DNA from: Blastocatellia bacterium
Lineage (GTDB): Bacteria > Acidobacteriota > Blastocatellia > Pyrinomonadales > Pyrinomonadaceae
DNA: 64,000 bases
Assembly (NCBI GenBank): GCA_963732475.1
Contig: CAVSZR010000001.1
Coordinates: 11,631 to 75,630 of the forward strand
Reading direction: 5' to 3'
How positions within the stretch are numbered: position 1 is the first letter of the stretch; the number at the start of each line of letters is the position of its first letter. Below the pieces are notes generated by a model. The model was not told the DNA's origin. It was given only the letters and a program-made list of their open reading frames with translations, and made no database searches. Shown piece by piece: positions 23,770 to 31,865 of the stretch. A program made the position numbers and the translations under genes.

Positions 23770-24084
23770 AACGCTTTGAGGTTTATCTGGTCAATCTCGA
23801 TTCCGCAGCCTTCGAAGGATGCGAAAAACACACGGCCGGCGGTCGTAATTTCGCCTGACGAGATGAACGCTAATCTGGAGAATGTGATAATCGCGCCGCT
23901 CTCCTCAACTAAGCTGAAATATCCGACACGCGTTTCGACCCAGTTCCTGAACGGCGAACGCACGATCGTGCTCGATCAGATAAAGACCATCGAATCGCTG
24001 CGGCTTGTGAAAAAGATAGGCGAGATCGATGCGGCAACCCAGAAAGAAACCCTCGCCAGGTTAAACGAAATGTTTGCGGAATAA
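23763..24084 (+). CDS. mazF: MazF/PemK-family endoribonuclease toxin (frame shift near 23803)
   Basis: MVKRFEVYLVNLD continues in the next frame as PSKDAKNTRPAVVISPDEMN...IIAPLSS...DQIKTI, the canonical PemK/MazF pattern. Confidence 0.75.
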
Positions 24085-24086
24085 AA

Positions 24087-24893
24087 CTAGGGCTGAGCAG
24101 TTTTCGACTTGTTCCAGAGCGCGTCCATCTCCGCCAGGTCCGACTCTTCCACTGACTTTCCCTGCGACTTTAGGTCATCCTCAATAAATTTGAACCGCTT
24201 GCGGAATTTTCTGTTGGTTTTCTTAAGTGCGGTTTCGGGTTCGACGTCTAGCTTTCTGGCGAGATTTACAACCGCAAACAGCAGATCACCAATTTCTTCA
24301 TCAATATTTTGGACGTTCTCTTGCTCGATCGCGGAGCGGAGTTCCGCGACCTCCTCGTCAATTTTCTCAAATACTTGACCAGCGTTTTCCCAATCGAAAC
24401 CAACCTTTGCGGCTTTTTTTGTTACCTTGAGGCCTTCGAGCAGGGCTGGAAAATGTACGGGTACTTCGTCAAGCAAGGATTCGTTCACCTTTTCAGGCTT
24501 TCCTGATGCGGCCCGTTCATTTGCCTTTAGTTCGTCCCAATTGTCGAGAACGTCCTGGGCCTTTGCGAGCTTTGCGTCCCCAAATACGTGCGGGTGGCGG
24601 AGGACGAGCTTTTTCGCAACGCCGGCGGCGACATCGTCAATGGTGAAATCACCGCGTTCGGCCGCGATCGTCGAATGAAAGACTACCTGAAGAAGCAGAT
24701 CGCCAAGTTCTTCGGTCAGGTGTGTTGTATCGCCGGTTTCGCCGGCGGCGTGGATCGCGTCGAAGGTTTCGTATGCTTCTTCAAGCAGATATTGCGACAG
24801 CGATTGATAGGTTTGCTCGGCGTCCCACGGGCATCCGCCCGGTGCACGCAGGCGGGCCATTACTGCAATGAGTTCGTCAAATGATTTGGACAT
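24087..24893 (-). CDS. mazG: nucleoside triphosphate pyrophosphohydrolase MazG
   Basis: From the Met at 24893: LRAPGGCPWDAEQTYQSL..EEAYE...ELGDLLLQVVFH, then a second MazG repeat EEVAEL..EIGDLLFAVVNLAR. The upstream 229 codons of the listed ORF are a spurious extension. Confidence 0.85.
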   Translation of the reverse strand: MSKSFDELIAVMARLRAPGGCPWDAEQTYQSLSQYLLEEAYETFDAIHAAGETGDTTHLTEELGDLLLQVVFHSTIAAERGDFTIDDVAAGVAKKLVLRHPHVFGDAKLAKAQDVLDNWDELKANERAASGKPEKVNESLLDEVPVHFPALLEGLKVTKKAAKVGFDWENAGQVFEKIDEEVAELRSAIEQENVQNIDEEIGDLLFAVVNLARKLDVEPETALKKTNRKFRKRFKFIEDDLKSQGKSVEESDLAEMDALWNKSKTAQP

Positions 24894-24954
24894 TAGATAG
24901 GATTTTGAATTCTTTTTCGGCAAAATGCTACTATCAGAACAGCATTTAAAATAT

Positions 24955-25506
24955 ATGATCGGACATGACGAAGACCACGAAGAAGTTTCTTTTAAGGTAA
25001 CTGACAGGCGGAAGTTCAATGCGGACGGCTCTGTCAAAGACGGGGTTGTGATAGAACCGAGCAAGGTGGAAGAGGCCCCGGTTGAGGCTGCCCCGACGCC
25101 GGAATCTGCGGTGTCGCAAGAGACGGCACCGGTCCAAGCCGCGGACGATGCAGGTTCGTACGCGGACGATTCCGACGATATTCCCGGGGCTGAAGACCCC
25201 GCAAGTTTTGTTAATTTTCTCTCCACATTGGCGACGAACGCCGCCGCTTCATTGGGAGCAATGCCGCATCCGGCGACGGGAAAGCGAAGCGTCGATCTGG
25301 AAACAGGCAAATATTGGCTCGATGTGCTTGCCATGATCACTGAAAAGACCAAGGGCAATCTGCACCCGAAAGAATCACGGCTGCTTGAAGGAATTTTGGC
25401 TGATCTGAGGATGCAGTACGTTACCATGGTGCGGGCTACCGAAGAAAAGCTGAAAGCCCAGGCGGCGAAGCAGTTTTCGGATGCTGACATTCTCGGGAAG
25501 AAGTAA
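24955..25506 (+). CDS. DUF1844 domain-containing protein
   Basis: It has the FKVTDRRKF N-terminal motif, an acidic/Pro-rich linker and a conserved C-terminal helical part (FVNFLSTLATNAAASLG...YWLDVLAMITEKTKGNL). An alternative start is at 24925. Confidence 0.6.
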   Translation: MIGHDEDHEEVSFKVTDRRKFNADGSVKDGVVIEPSKVEEAPVEAAPTPESAVSQETAPVQAADDAGSYADDSDDIPGAEDPASFVNFLSTLATNAAASLGAMPHPATGKRSVDLETGKYWLDVLAMITEKTKGNLHPKESRLLEGILADLRMQYVTMVRATEEKLKAQAAKQFSDADILGKK

Positions 25507-25509
25507 ATT

Positions 25510-25577
25510 GCCACAGAGTTCACAGAGAACTCAGAGGTTACCTGTCTCAACTCTGTGTTCTCTGTGTTTTCTGTGGC
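25510..25577. repeat. triple-unit hairpin (unit CACAGAG) filling the gap between DUF1844 and MBL genes
   Basis: The left arm is GCCACAGAGTTCACAGAGAACTCAGAG and the right arm is CTCTGTGTTCTCTGTGTTTTCTGTGGC. They form 23 Watson-Crick pairs plus 1 GU out of 27. The hairpin lies 3 nt after the stop and 8 nt before the next ATG. Confidence 0.85.
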
Positions 25578-25585
25578 CAAGTTGA

Positions 25586-26349
25586 ATGAAACTCACATTT
25601 CTCGGAACAGGCACATCTACAGGGGTTCCATCGATCGCATGCGATTGTGAAACGTGCCTTTCCGACGATCCTCGCGACAAACGTCTCAGGGTTTCCATCC
25701 TGATCGAACATAAAGACAAGAAGATCCTGGTCGATACGTCGATCGATTTTCGTCAACAAGCTCTTCGGGCAAATATCCGGCATCTCGATGCTGTACTGAT
25801 CACGCATTGCCACGTCGATCATGTCTTCGGACTCGACGACATCAGGCCGCTTAATTTTCGCTACGGGGCGATGGGCGTTTATGCGAACGATGTCGCGTGG
25901 ACAGATCTCAGGCGAATTTTTCAGTACATTTTTCAGCCGACACATTTCGGCGGCGGGCTGCCGCAGTTGATACCGCATACTGTCGTGCCGAACTCACCGT
26001 TCTGCATTGGCGAAGATCTAGAGATTACGCCGCTCGAAGTTACGCACGGCAAACTGCCCGTCATCGCCTACCGCTTTAACGATTTTGCGTACGCGACCGA
26101 TCTGAAAGTGATCCCGCCCGATTCAATGGACGGCCTCCGCGATCTTGACGTCTTGGTTTTGGATTGCGTCCGCATCAAACCGCACTCAACGCATCTGTGC
26201 CTGGAGGAAGCGTTGGCAATCATAGAAGATCTCAATCCAAAACGCGCTTTCTGACCCACCTGAATCACGATATTATGCACGGACGCGATTCGAAATTGTT
26301 GCCGGATAATGTCAAGTTTGGCCATGACGAATTAATAGTCGAGTCTTAG
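25586..26349 (+). CDS. MBL-fold metallo-hydrolase (PhnP-like; frame shift near 26245)
   Basis: FLGTGTSTGVP and ITHCHVDH carry the HxHxDH motif. The C-terminus FLTHLNHDIMHG continues in ORF 26164..26349. Confidence 0.7.
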
Positions 26350-26358
26350 AGGACGGTT

Positions 26359-26877
26359 ATGAATACTCTGCGGTTCTATCTGAAGCTCTTGCCTATTGTA
26401 GGCATCTTATTAGGCTACTCATGCTCACAAAAAGCGAACACTTTTCTTGCGGATGATGGATCTGTCGCCTCTAACGGGATTACACAAGCTCGCGATATGC
26501 CACAGTACGATGATGCAGGAAATTTTTATTCAAGATGGCACGGTCCAAATACCGAAAACGAGGAAAATACGGTGCGAGATTTCATTTGGACCCATTGGAC
26601 AGAAAAAAGACGCGGTTACATTAAAATGACCTCTGTTGGTGCCGATACACGCGAAACAACCCATTTCTTTATTGAACCGGACGAAAACGGCGGATTTCAA
26701 ATTGCACGGAGAAATTTACACTTTCATTACGATCCTAAATATAACAACGTAAGAACTACAGATGACATCGTTACGGTTGAACGTAACGACTCGACGAAAG
26801 AAGACCCCGATTGGCAAATCGTTTTCAAATCCAAAGATGGCAGTGTTCTAAACTCTGTGCCGGCACCAGCGAAGTAA
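26359..26877 (+). CDS. hypothetical lipoprotein
   Basis: The signal peptide has a lipobox-like LLGYSC. I recognise no family. Confidence 0.5.
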   Translation: MNTLRFYLKLLPIVGILLGYSCSQKANTFLADDGSVASNGITQARDMPQYDDAGNFYSRWHGPNTENEENTVRDFIWTHWTEKRRGYIKMTSVGADTRETTHFFIEPDENGGFQIARRNLHFHYDPKYNNVRTTDDIVTVERNDSTKEDPDWQIVFKSKDGSVLNSVPAPAK

Positions 26878-26899
26878 AATCAAGAACTGTCTTATCTAT

Positions 26900-27358
26900 G
26901 TGATCTTAGCCTTCCGCCAGGCGACAATTGCCGATCTCCGCGAAATCGTCCGCATGCTCACCGACGATTTTCTCGGCCAGCAACGCGAGCGTTACGAAGA
27001 TCCGCTGCCAGAGAGTTACATCAAAGCCTTTCGCGAGATCGAGGCTGATCCGAATAATGAATTGATCGTTGCTGAGCTTGATGGCGATGTAGTAGGCACG
27101 ATGCAACTGACCTTCACACCGTCGATCAGTTTTCAGGGCGGCCGGCGGTGCACGGTCGAGTCGGTTCGGGTTGATGAAAAGTATCGAGGTAAGGGAATCG
27201 GACGCGAGATGATGCTTTGGGCGATCGATCGGGCAAAAGAGAAAGGGTGTGTCTCGATGCAGCTTACGACCAATAGCGATCGGACGGATGCTCACCGATT
27301 TTATGCGAATTTGGGATTTTCGGCTTCGCATATCGGGATGAAATTGAAGCTTAAGTAA
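26900..27358 (+). CDS. GNAT family N-acetyltransferase
   Basis: RVDEKYRGKGIGREMMLWAIDRAKEKG is the acetyl-CoA binding motif (Q/RxxGxG/A). Confidence 0.8.
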   Translation: MILAFRQATIADLREIVRMLTDDFLGQQRERYEDPLPESYIKAFREIEADPNNELIVAELDGDVVGTMQLTFTPSISFQGGRRCTVESVRVDEKYRGKGIGREMMLWAIDRAKEKGCVSMQLTTNSDRTDAHRFYANLGFSASHIGMKLKLK

Positions 27359-27360
27359 GC

Positions 27361-27428
27361 GTAGAACAGGCTGCCTAAGGCTGTTCATTCGCCCGGGCGG
27401 GATCGACAGACCTGGCCGTCTGTCGTAC
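27361..27428. repeat. bipartite REP-like element, copy 1 (GTAGAACAG...CTGTCGTAC)
   Basis: Two hairpins: GAACAG/CTGTTC (27364..27386) and CGACAGAC/GTCTGTCG (27404..27425). The same termini and two-hairpin layout occur at 63069..63147. It starts 3 nt after the GNAT stop. Confidence 0.75.
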
Positions 27429-27541
27429 CTAAATTATTGTGTTTCAAAGCGTTACCGCAATGTTACACGATTATTCAACCAAAACCTTACAACTTGCGCG
27501 TTAAATGCTGCAAATACACGTTTTAGCAATTAGTTTAAAAA

Positions 27542-27587
27542 CCACTACATTTAGTGTTGACAAAGGTAAATGACTACCATATAGTCT
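27542..27587 (+). promoter_or_regulatory. two NrdR-box-like palindromes overlapping the nrdA promoter
   Basis: Box 1 (27542..27557, ccACTACATTTAGTGT) matches the consensus acaCtAtATaTaGtgt at 13 of 16 positions. Box 2 is ACTACCATATAGT (27573..27585), with an odd central spacing. The centre-to-centre distance is about 28-29 nt, shorter than the usual ~31. Confidence 0.3.
27557..27585 (+). promoter_or_regulatory. sigma70-type promoter candidate for nrdA
   Basis: TTGACA (27557..27562), a 17-nt spacer, then TATAGT (27580..27585). Confidence 0.4.
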
Positions 27588-27812
27588 ATATCCACGACGG
27601 GAACGCTCAGAAGATTTTGTTAGTTTGAAAGAGATTTGCGGCACGTTTTGCCGCAACTGCCCCGCTAGCGGTAATGGGGAACGAAGACTGCCAATTGAAC
27701 CGTGATCTCATCTTCCATATTGGGAAACGGCAGCCGGTAGGAAAGGCCTTAACAGGCGCAAATTAATCCAAATCAATCCAGGGGGTGCGAAGTGGACGCC
27801 GCTTTAGAGAAA

Positions 27813-27858
27813 GGCCGGTGATGAGACTATTTGTCTCATGAAATAACCGGCACTTTTT
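27813..27858 (+). terminator. terminator-like hairpin inside the nrdA leader (possible attenuator)
   Basis: GGCCGGTG-ATGAGAC-tattt-GTCTCAT-gaaataa-CCGGC is followed by ACTTTTTC, about 55 nt upstream of the nrdA ATG. Confidence 0.3.
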
Positions 27859-27913
27859 CGACGACGCTTCTTCGCCAAAATCAGAAATTTTTCCACGAGG
27901 CTATCTAGTAGAA

Positions 27914-30327
27914 ATGGACACATACATCGGTCAATCCGCCGCCGCAGCAAGGCAATTAGAAGAACCGGCACAGACAACGATGCGCGTTGCCAAGCGCAAC
28001 GGCTCGCTTGAACCGGTCGATATCAATAAGATCGTCCGGGCCATCTCTCGCTGCTGTGTAAATCTGCCGAGCGTGGACGCGATGCGGATCGCGACCAAGA
28101 CGATCAGCGGCCTTTATGACGGCGCGACGACCAAAGAGCTTGACAAGCTTTCGATACAGACGGCAGCGAGCCTGATCTTCGAAGAGCCGGAATATTCGCG
28201 GCTCGGGGCTCGGCTCCTGAACCAGTATGTTGAAAAAGAGGTCCGCAATCAGGAAATTCATTCGTTCTCACAGTCGATCGCGTTTGGCGTAAAGGAAGGC
28301 CTTATCGCCCAACGTGTAGTCAACTTCGTTTCGGAAAACAGCCGCAAGCTGAATGACGCAATAGACCAGACCCGCAACGATCTATTCGAATTTTTCGGTC
28401 TCCGCACCTTGTACGATCGATATCTATTAAAAAATCCCGTAACGCGCGACGTTATCGAGACCCCGCAGTTTTTCTGGATGCGCGTCGCTTGCGGCCTTTC
28501 CGAAACGCCGAACGAAGCTATCGAACTTTACCGTCTCTTTTCATCGCTCGAATACGTGCCGAGTACGCCGACGCTCTTTAACTCGGGTACCAAACACGAG
28601 CAGCTCTCGTCTTGCTTCCTGCTCGATTCACCGCAGGACAGCCTGGAGAGCATTTACAAGAAATACTCCGACGTCGCTATGCTGTCGAAATTTTCGGGCG
28701 GCATCGGCATTGCATACAGCCGCGTGCGTTCGCAGGGTTCGCTGATCCGCGGAACGAACGGCCATTCGAACGGCATCGTGCCTTGGCTCAAAACGCTCGA
28801 TTCGTCGGTTTCGGCGGTAAATCAGGGCGGCAAGCGTAAAGGTGCCTGCTGCGTTTATCTTGAAACGTGGCACTCGGACATCGAAGATTTCCTTGAGCTT
28901 CGCGACAATACCGGCGACGAGGCCCGCCGCACGCACAACCTCAATACTGCGAATTGGATACCCGACCTCTTTATGAAACGGGTCCAGGCCGACGAGATGT
29001 GGTCGCTGTTCGACCCGAAGGTCGTGCCGCATTTTCCGGATGTTTACGGGGAGGAATTTGAAAAGGCTTACGTCGAAGCCGAAGAAGCCGGACTGTTCAC
29101 TCGGCAGTTAAAAGCCCGCGACCTGTACGCAAAAATGATGCGGACGATGGCCCAGACCGGCAATGGCTGGATGACGTTTAAGGACGCCGCAAACCGCAAA
29201 TCGAACCAGACGGCAAAACCCGGGAATGTCGATACATCTTTCGAATCTCTGCACCGAGATACTTGAGGTCACGTCCGAGAACGAAACCGCGGTTTGCAAT
29301 CTCGGTTCGATAAATCTTTCGACGCTACGTGAACAGCGACGGTTTTGATTTTGATAAATTGCGGTCGAATGTACGGCTGGCCGTTACGCAGCTTGACCGC
29401 GTGATCGATCTTAATTATTACGCGATCGAGAGCACGGCGGATTCGAACAATCGTTGGCGCAACATCGGCCTCGGGCTGATGGGCCTGCAGGATGTGTTTT
29501 TCGGGCTGCGGCTGCCGTTCGATTCCGAAGCCGCAAGAACGCTCTCGGCAAAGATACAGGAAGAGATCTATTTTGCCGCCCTCGACGCCTCGTGCGAGCT
29601 GGCGATCAAACGCGGCAAGCACCCGGCCTTTGAAGAAACGCGTGCGGCACAGGGCGTTTTCCAGTTCGACCTGTGGGGGATCGTGCCCGAAGACACGGAA
29701 CGCTGGGACGCACTGCGTGAAAAAGTCAAACAGCACGGCCTTCGCAATAGCCTGATGATCGCCATTGCGCCGACTGCGACGATCGCCTCGATCGCCGGCT
29801 GCTACGAGTGCATCGAGCCGCAGGTATCCAACCTTTTCAAACGCGAAACGCTGTCGGGCGATTTTGTTCAGGTCAACAAATATCTTGTCAAAGAATTGAA
29901 AGCGGCCGGGCTGTGGACGGACGAGATCCGCAACAAGATCAAACTTTCGGAAGGTTCGATCCAGGACATCGAAGAATTTCCCGAAGAACTGAAAGCGATC
30001 TACCGGACGGCATGGGAGGTGCCGATGCGTTCGCTGATCGACATGATGGCGATCCGCGGTGCCTTCATCGACCAGAGCGCTTCGCTAAACCTGTTCATGG
30101 AAAGCCCGAATATCGGCAAGCTTTCGTCGATGTACATGTACGCGTGGGAAAAGGGTTTGAAGACAACCTATTACCTTCGCTCGCGGCCGGCGACGAAGAT
30201 CGCGCAGGTGACGGCGGACTATAAGGTGTCGGAGCTCGTGCCCGAAGTGGCGGAAAAGGTTTACACGGACGAAGAAGCTTTGGTTTGCTCGCTGGAAAAT
30301 CCCGAGGCTTGCGAGGCGTGTCAGTAG
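27914..30327 (+). CDS. nrdA: ribonucleoside-diphosphate reductase alpha subunit (two frame shifts near 29225 and 29325)
   Basis: [54 protein letters not shown], then [25 protein letters not shown] in a third frame, then ORF 29329..30327 ([13 protein letters not shown]...TTYYLRS). An alternative start is at 27980. Confidence 0.9.
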
Positions 30328-30329
30328 CG

Positions 30330-30746
30330 AATTTCGAATAACGAATATCGAATGATGAATGAAGGAGTTTGATCTAAAGTCGCGAACAAAGAGTTTTGCA
30401 TTGAGGATAATCAAACTTTTTACGTCGCTACCAAAAACGGCAGAGGCGCAGGTCATCGGAAAACAGATATTGCGAAGCGGGACTAGTGTCGGTGCTCAGT
30501 ACCGAGAGGCTTGTCGAGCCCGCTCAAACTCGGAATTCATCAGCAAAATGGCAAGTAGTCTTCAGGAACTGGATGAAACGTCTTATTGGCTCGAGCTCTT
30601 AGTAGACGCAAATTTCATAAAAGCCGAAAAGCTAAAAAGCCTTCAGGATGAAGCAGATCAATTGATAGCTATTTTTGTCTCGTCGATCAAGACCGCTAAG
30701 GCAAAGAAATAACGAATTCATCATTCGATATTCGATATTCGAAATT
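30330..30746. repeat. 31-nt inverted repeat (30 of 31 complementary) enclosing the four-helix-bundle ORF; IVS-like stem-plus-cargo module
   Basis: The left arm is 30330..30360 (aatttcgaataacgaatatcgaatgatgaat). The right arm is 30716..30746 (attcatcattcgatattcgatattcgaaatt). The nrdA stop ends at 30327 and the nrdB ATG is at 30748. Confidence 0.85.
30359..30712 (+). CDS. four-helix-bundle protein (23S rRNA intervening-sequence protein family, TIGR02436-like)
   Basis: FDLKSRTKSFALRIIKLFTSLPKT..VIGKQILRSGTSVGAQYREACRARSNSEFISKMASSLQELDETSYWLELL follows the family pattern, including the E..YWL helix. Confidence 0.85.
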   Translation: MKEFDLKSRTKSFALRIIKLFTSLPKTAEAQVIGKQILRSGTSVGAQYREACRARSNSEFISKMASSLQELDETSYWLELLVDANFIKAEKLKSLQDEADQLIAIFVSSIKTAKAKK

Positions 30747-30747
30747 T

Positions 30748-31745
30748 ATGTTACTCGACCCAGGATTCAACCTCACCCTTCGCCCGATGAAGTACCCGGA
30801 TTTTTATGAAATGTATAAAAATGCGATCAAGAATACGTGGACCGTCGAAGAGGTCGATTTTTCGACCGACGTGACCGATCTGCGAAACAAGATGTCCGGC
30901 CCGAGCGGCATATGATCAACCGGCTGGTCGCGTTTTTTGCGACCGGCGATTCGATCGTTTCGAACAATCTCGTACTAAATCTCTACAAGCACATCAATTC
31001 GCCCGAAGCCCGGATGTACCTGTCGCGTCAGCTTTACGAAGAGGCGGTGCATGTGCAGTTTTACTTGACGCTGCTCGACACGTATATTCCCGACCATCAC
31101 GAACGCGAACAGGCGTTTGCGGCGATCGAGAATATTCCGTCGATCCGCAAAAAGGGCGAGTTTTGCATGAAGTGGATCGACACTATTTCCGATCTGGATT
31201 CGCTAACGACGAAGGAAGAACGGAAGCAGTTTTTGCTGAACCTTATCTGTTTCGCGACTTGCATCGAAGGGCTGTTCTTCTTCGCGGCTTTCGCGTACGT
31301 CTATTTTCTGCGTTCGAAGGGTCTGCTGCACGGCCTGGCGGCCGGTACGAACTGGGTCTTTCGCGACGAGTCGGCGCATATGAACTTTGCATTGGAGGTC
31401 GTTAATCAAGTCCGCAACGAAGAGCCGGAGCTGTTCGATCACGACCTGACTCGGCAGATCGTCGAAATGCTTGACGAGGCGGTCGAATGCGAAATGCAGT
31501 TTGCCGAGGACATCCTGAGCGGCGGCGTCGCCGGGCTGTCGGTCGCCGACATGCGGCAGTATCTCGAATTCGTCGCCGACCAACGCCTCGCCATGCTCGG
31601 GCTGCAAAAGGTTTACGGAGCAAAAAATCCGTTCTCGTTCATGGATCTGCAGGACGTCCAGGAACTGGCCAACTTCTTCGAACGCCGCGTCTCGGCCTAT
31701 CAGGTCGCGGTCGCGGGAGAGGTGAGCTTTAACGAGGCATTCTAG
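30748..31745 (+). CDS. nrdB: ribonucleoside-diphosphate reductase beta subunit (frame shift near 30900)
   Basis: MLLDPGFNLTLRPMKYPDFYEMYKNAIKNTWTVEEVDF (55 codons, unlisted) continues as ERHMINRLVAFFATGDSIV. The metal site is YEEAVHVQFY, with Tyr at the radical position. The second site is FRDESAHMNF. Confidence 0.9.
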
Positions 31746-31770
31746 AGGAATTACCGATCAGAAGAACAAG

Positions 31771-31797
31771 GGGCGGCCATGGTGCCGCTCTTTTATT
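31771..31797 (+). terminator. rho-independent terminator candidate after nrdB
   Basis: The stem is GGGCGGC/GCCGCTC with loop catggt, followed by TTTTATT, 26 nt after the nrdB stop. Confidence 0.45.
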
Positions 31798-31865
31798 GGC
31801 TTCATGTGTCATTCCTTCCATCTGACACAAAGGTGACCAAGTTTGAGCATCGGGCTTTAACGAAG

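Noticed and set aside
24894-25580. N-terminal 229-codon extension of the mazG ORF (listed as 24087..25580, 497 aa)
   Set aside because: The extension is low-complexity (Ser/Ala-rich). It lies antisense to the well-supported DUF1844 gene and runs through the CACAGAG hairpin. MazG homology starts at the Met at 24893.
27590-27913. Possible cobalamin riboswitch in the nrdA leader (GGGGAAC, GGGAAAC, GGTGCGAAGTGG-like strings)
   Set aside because: The conserved elements are not in the canonical order. There is no recognisable B12 box and no GCCACTG motif. I cannot support this call without a covariance-model scan.
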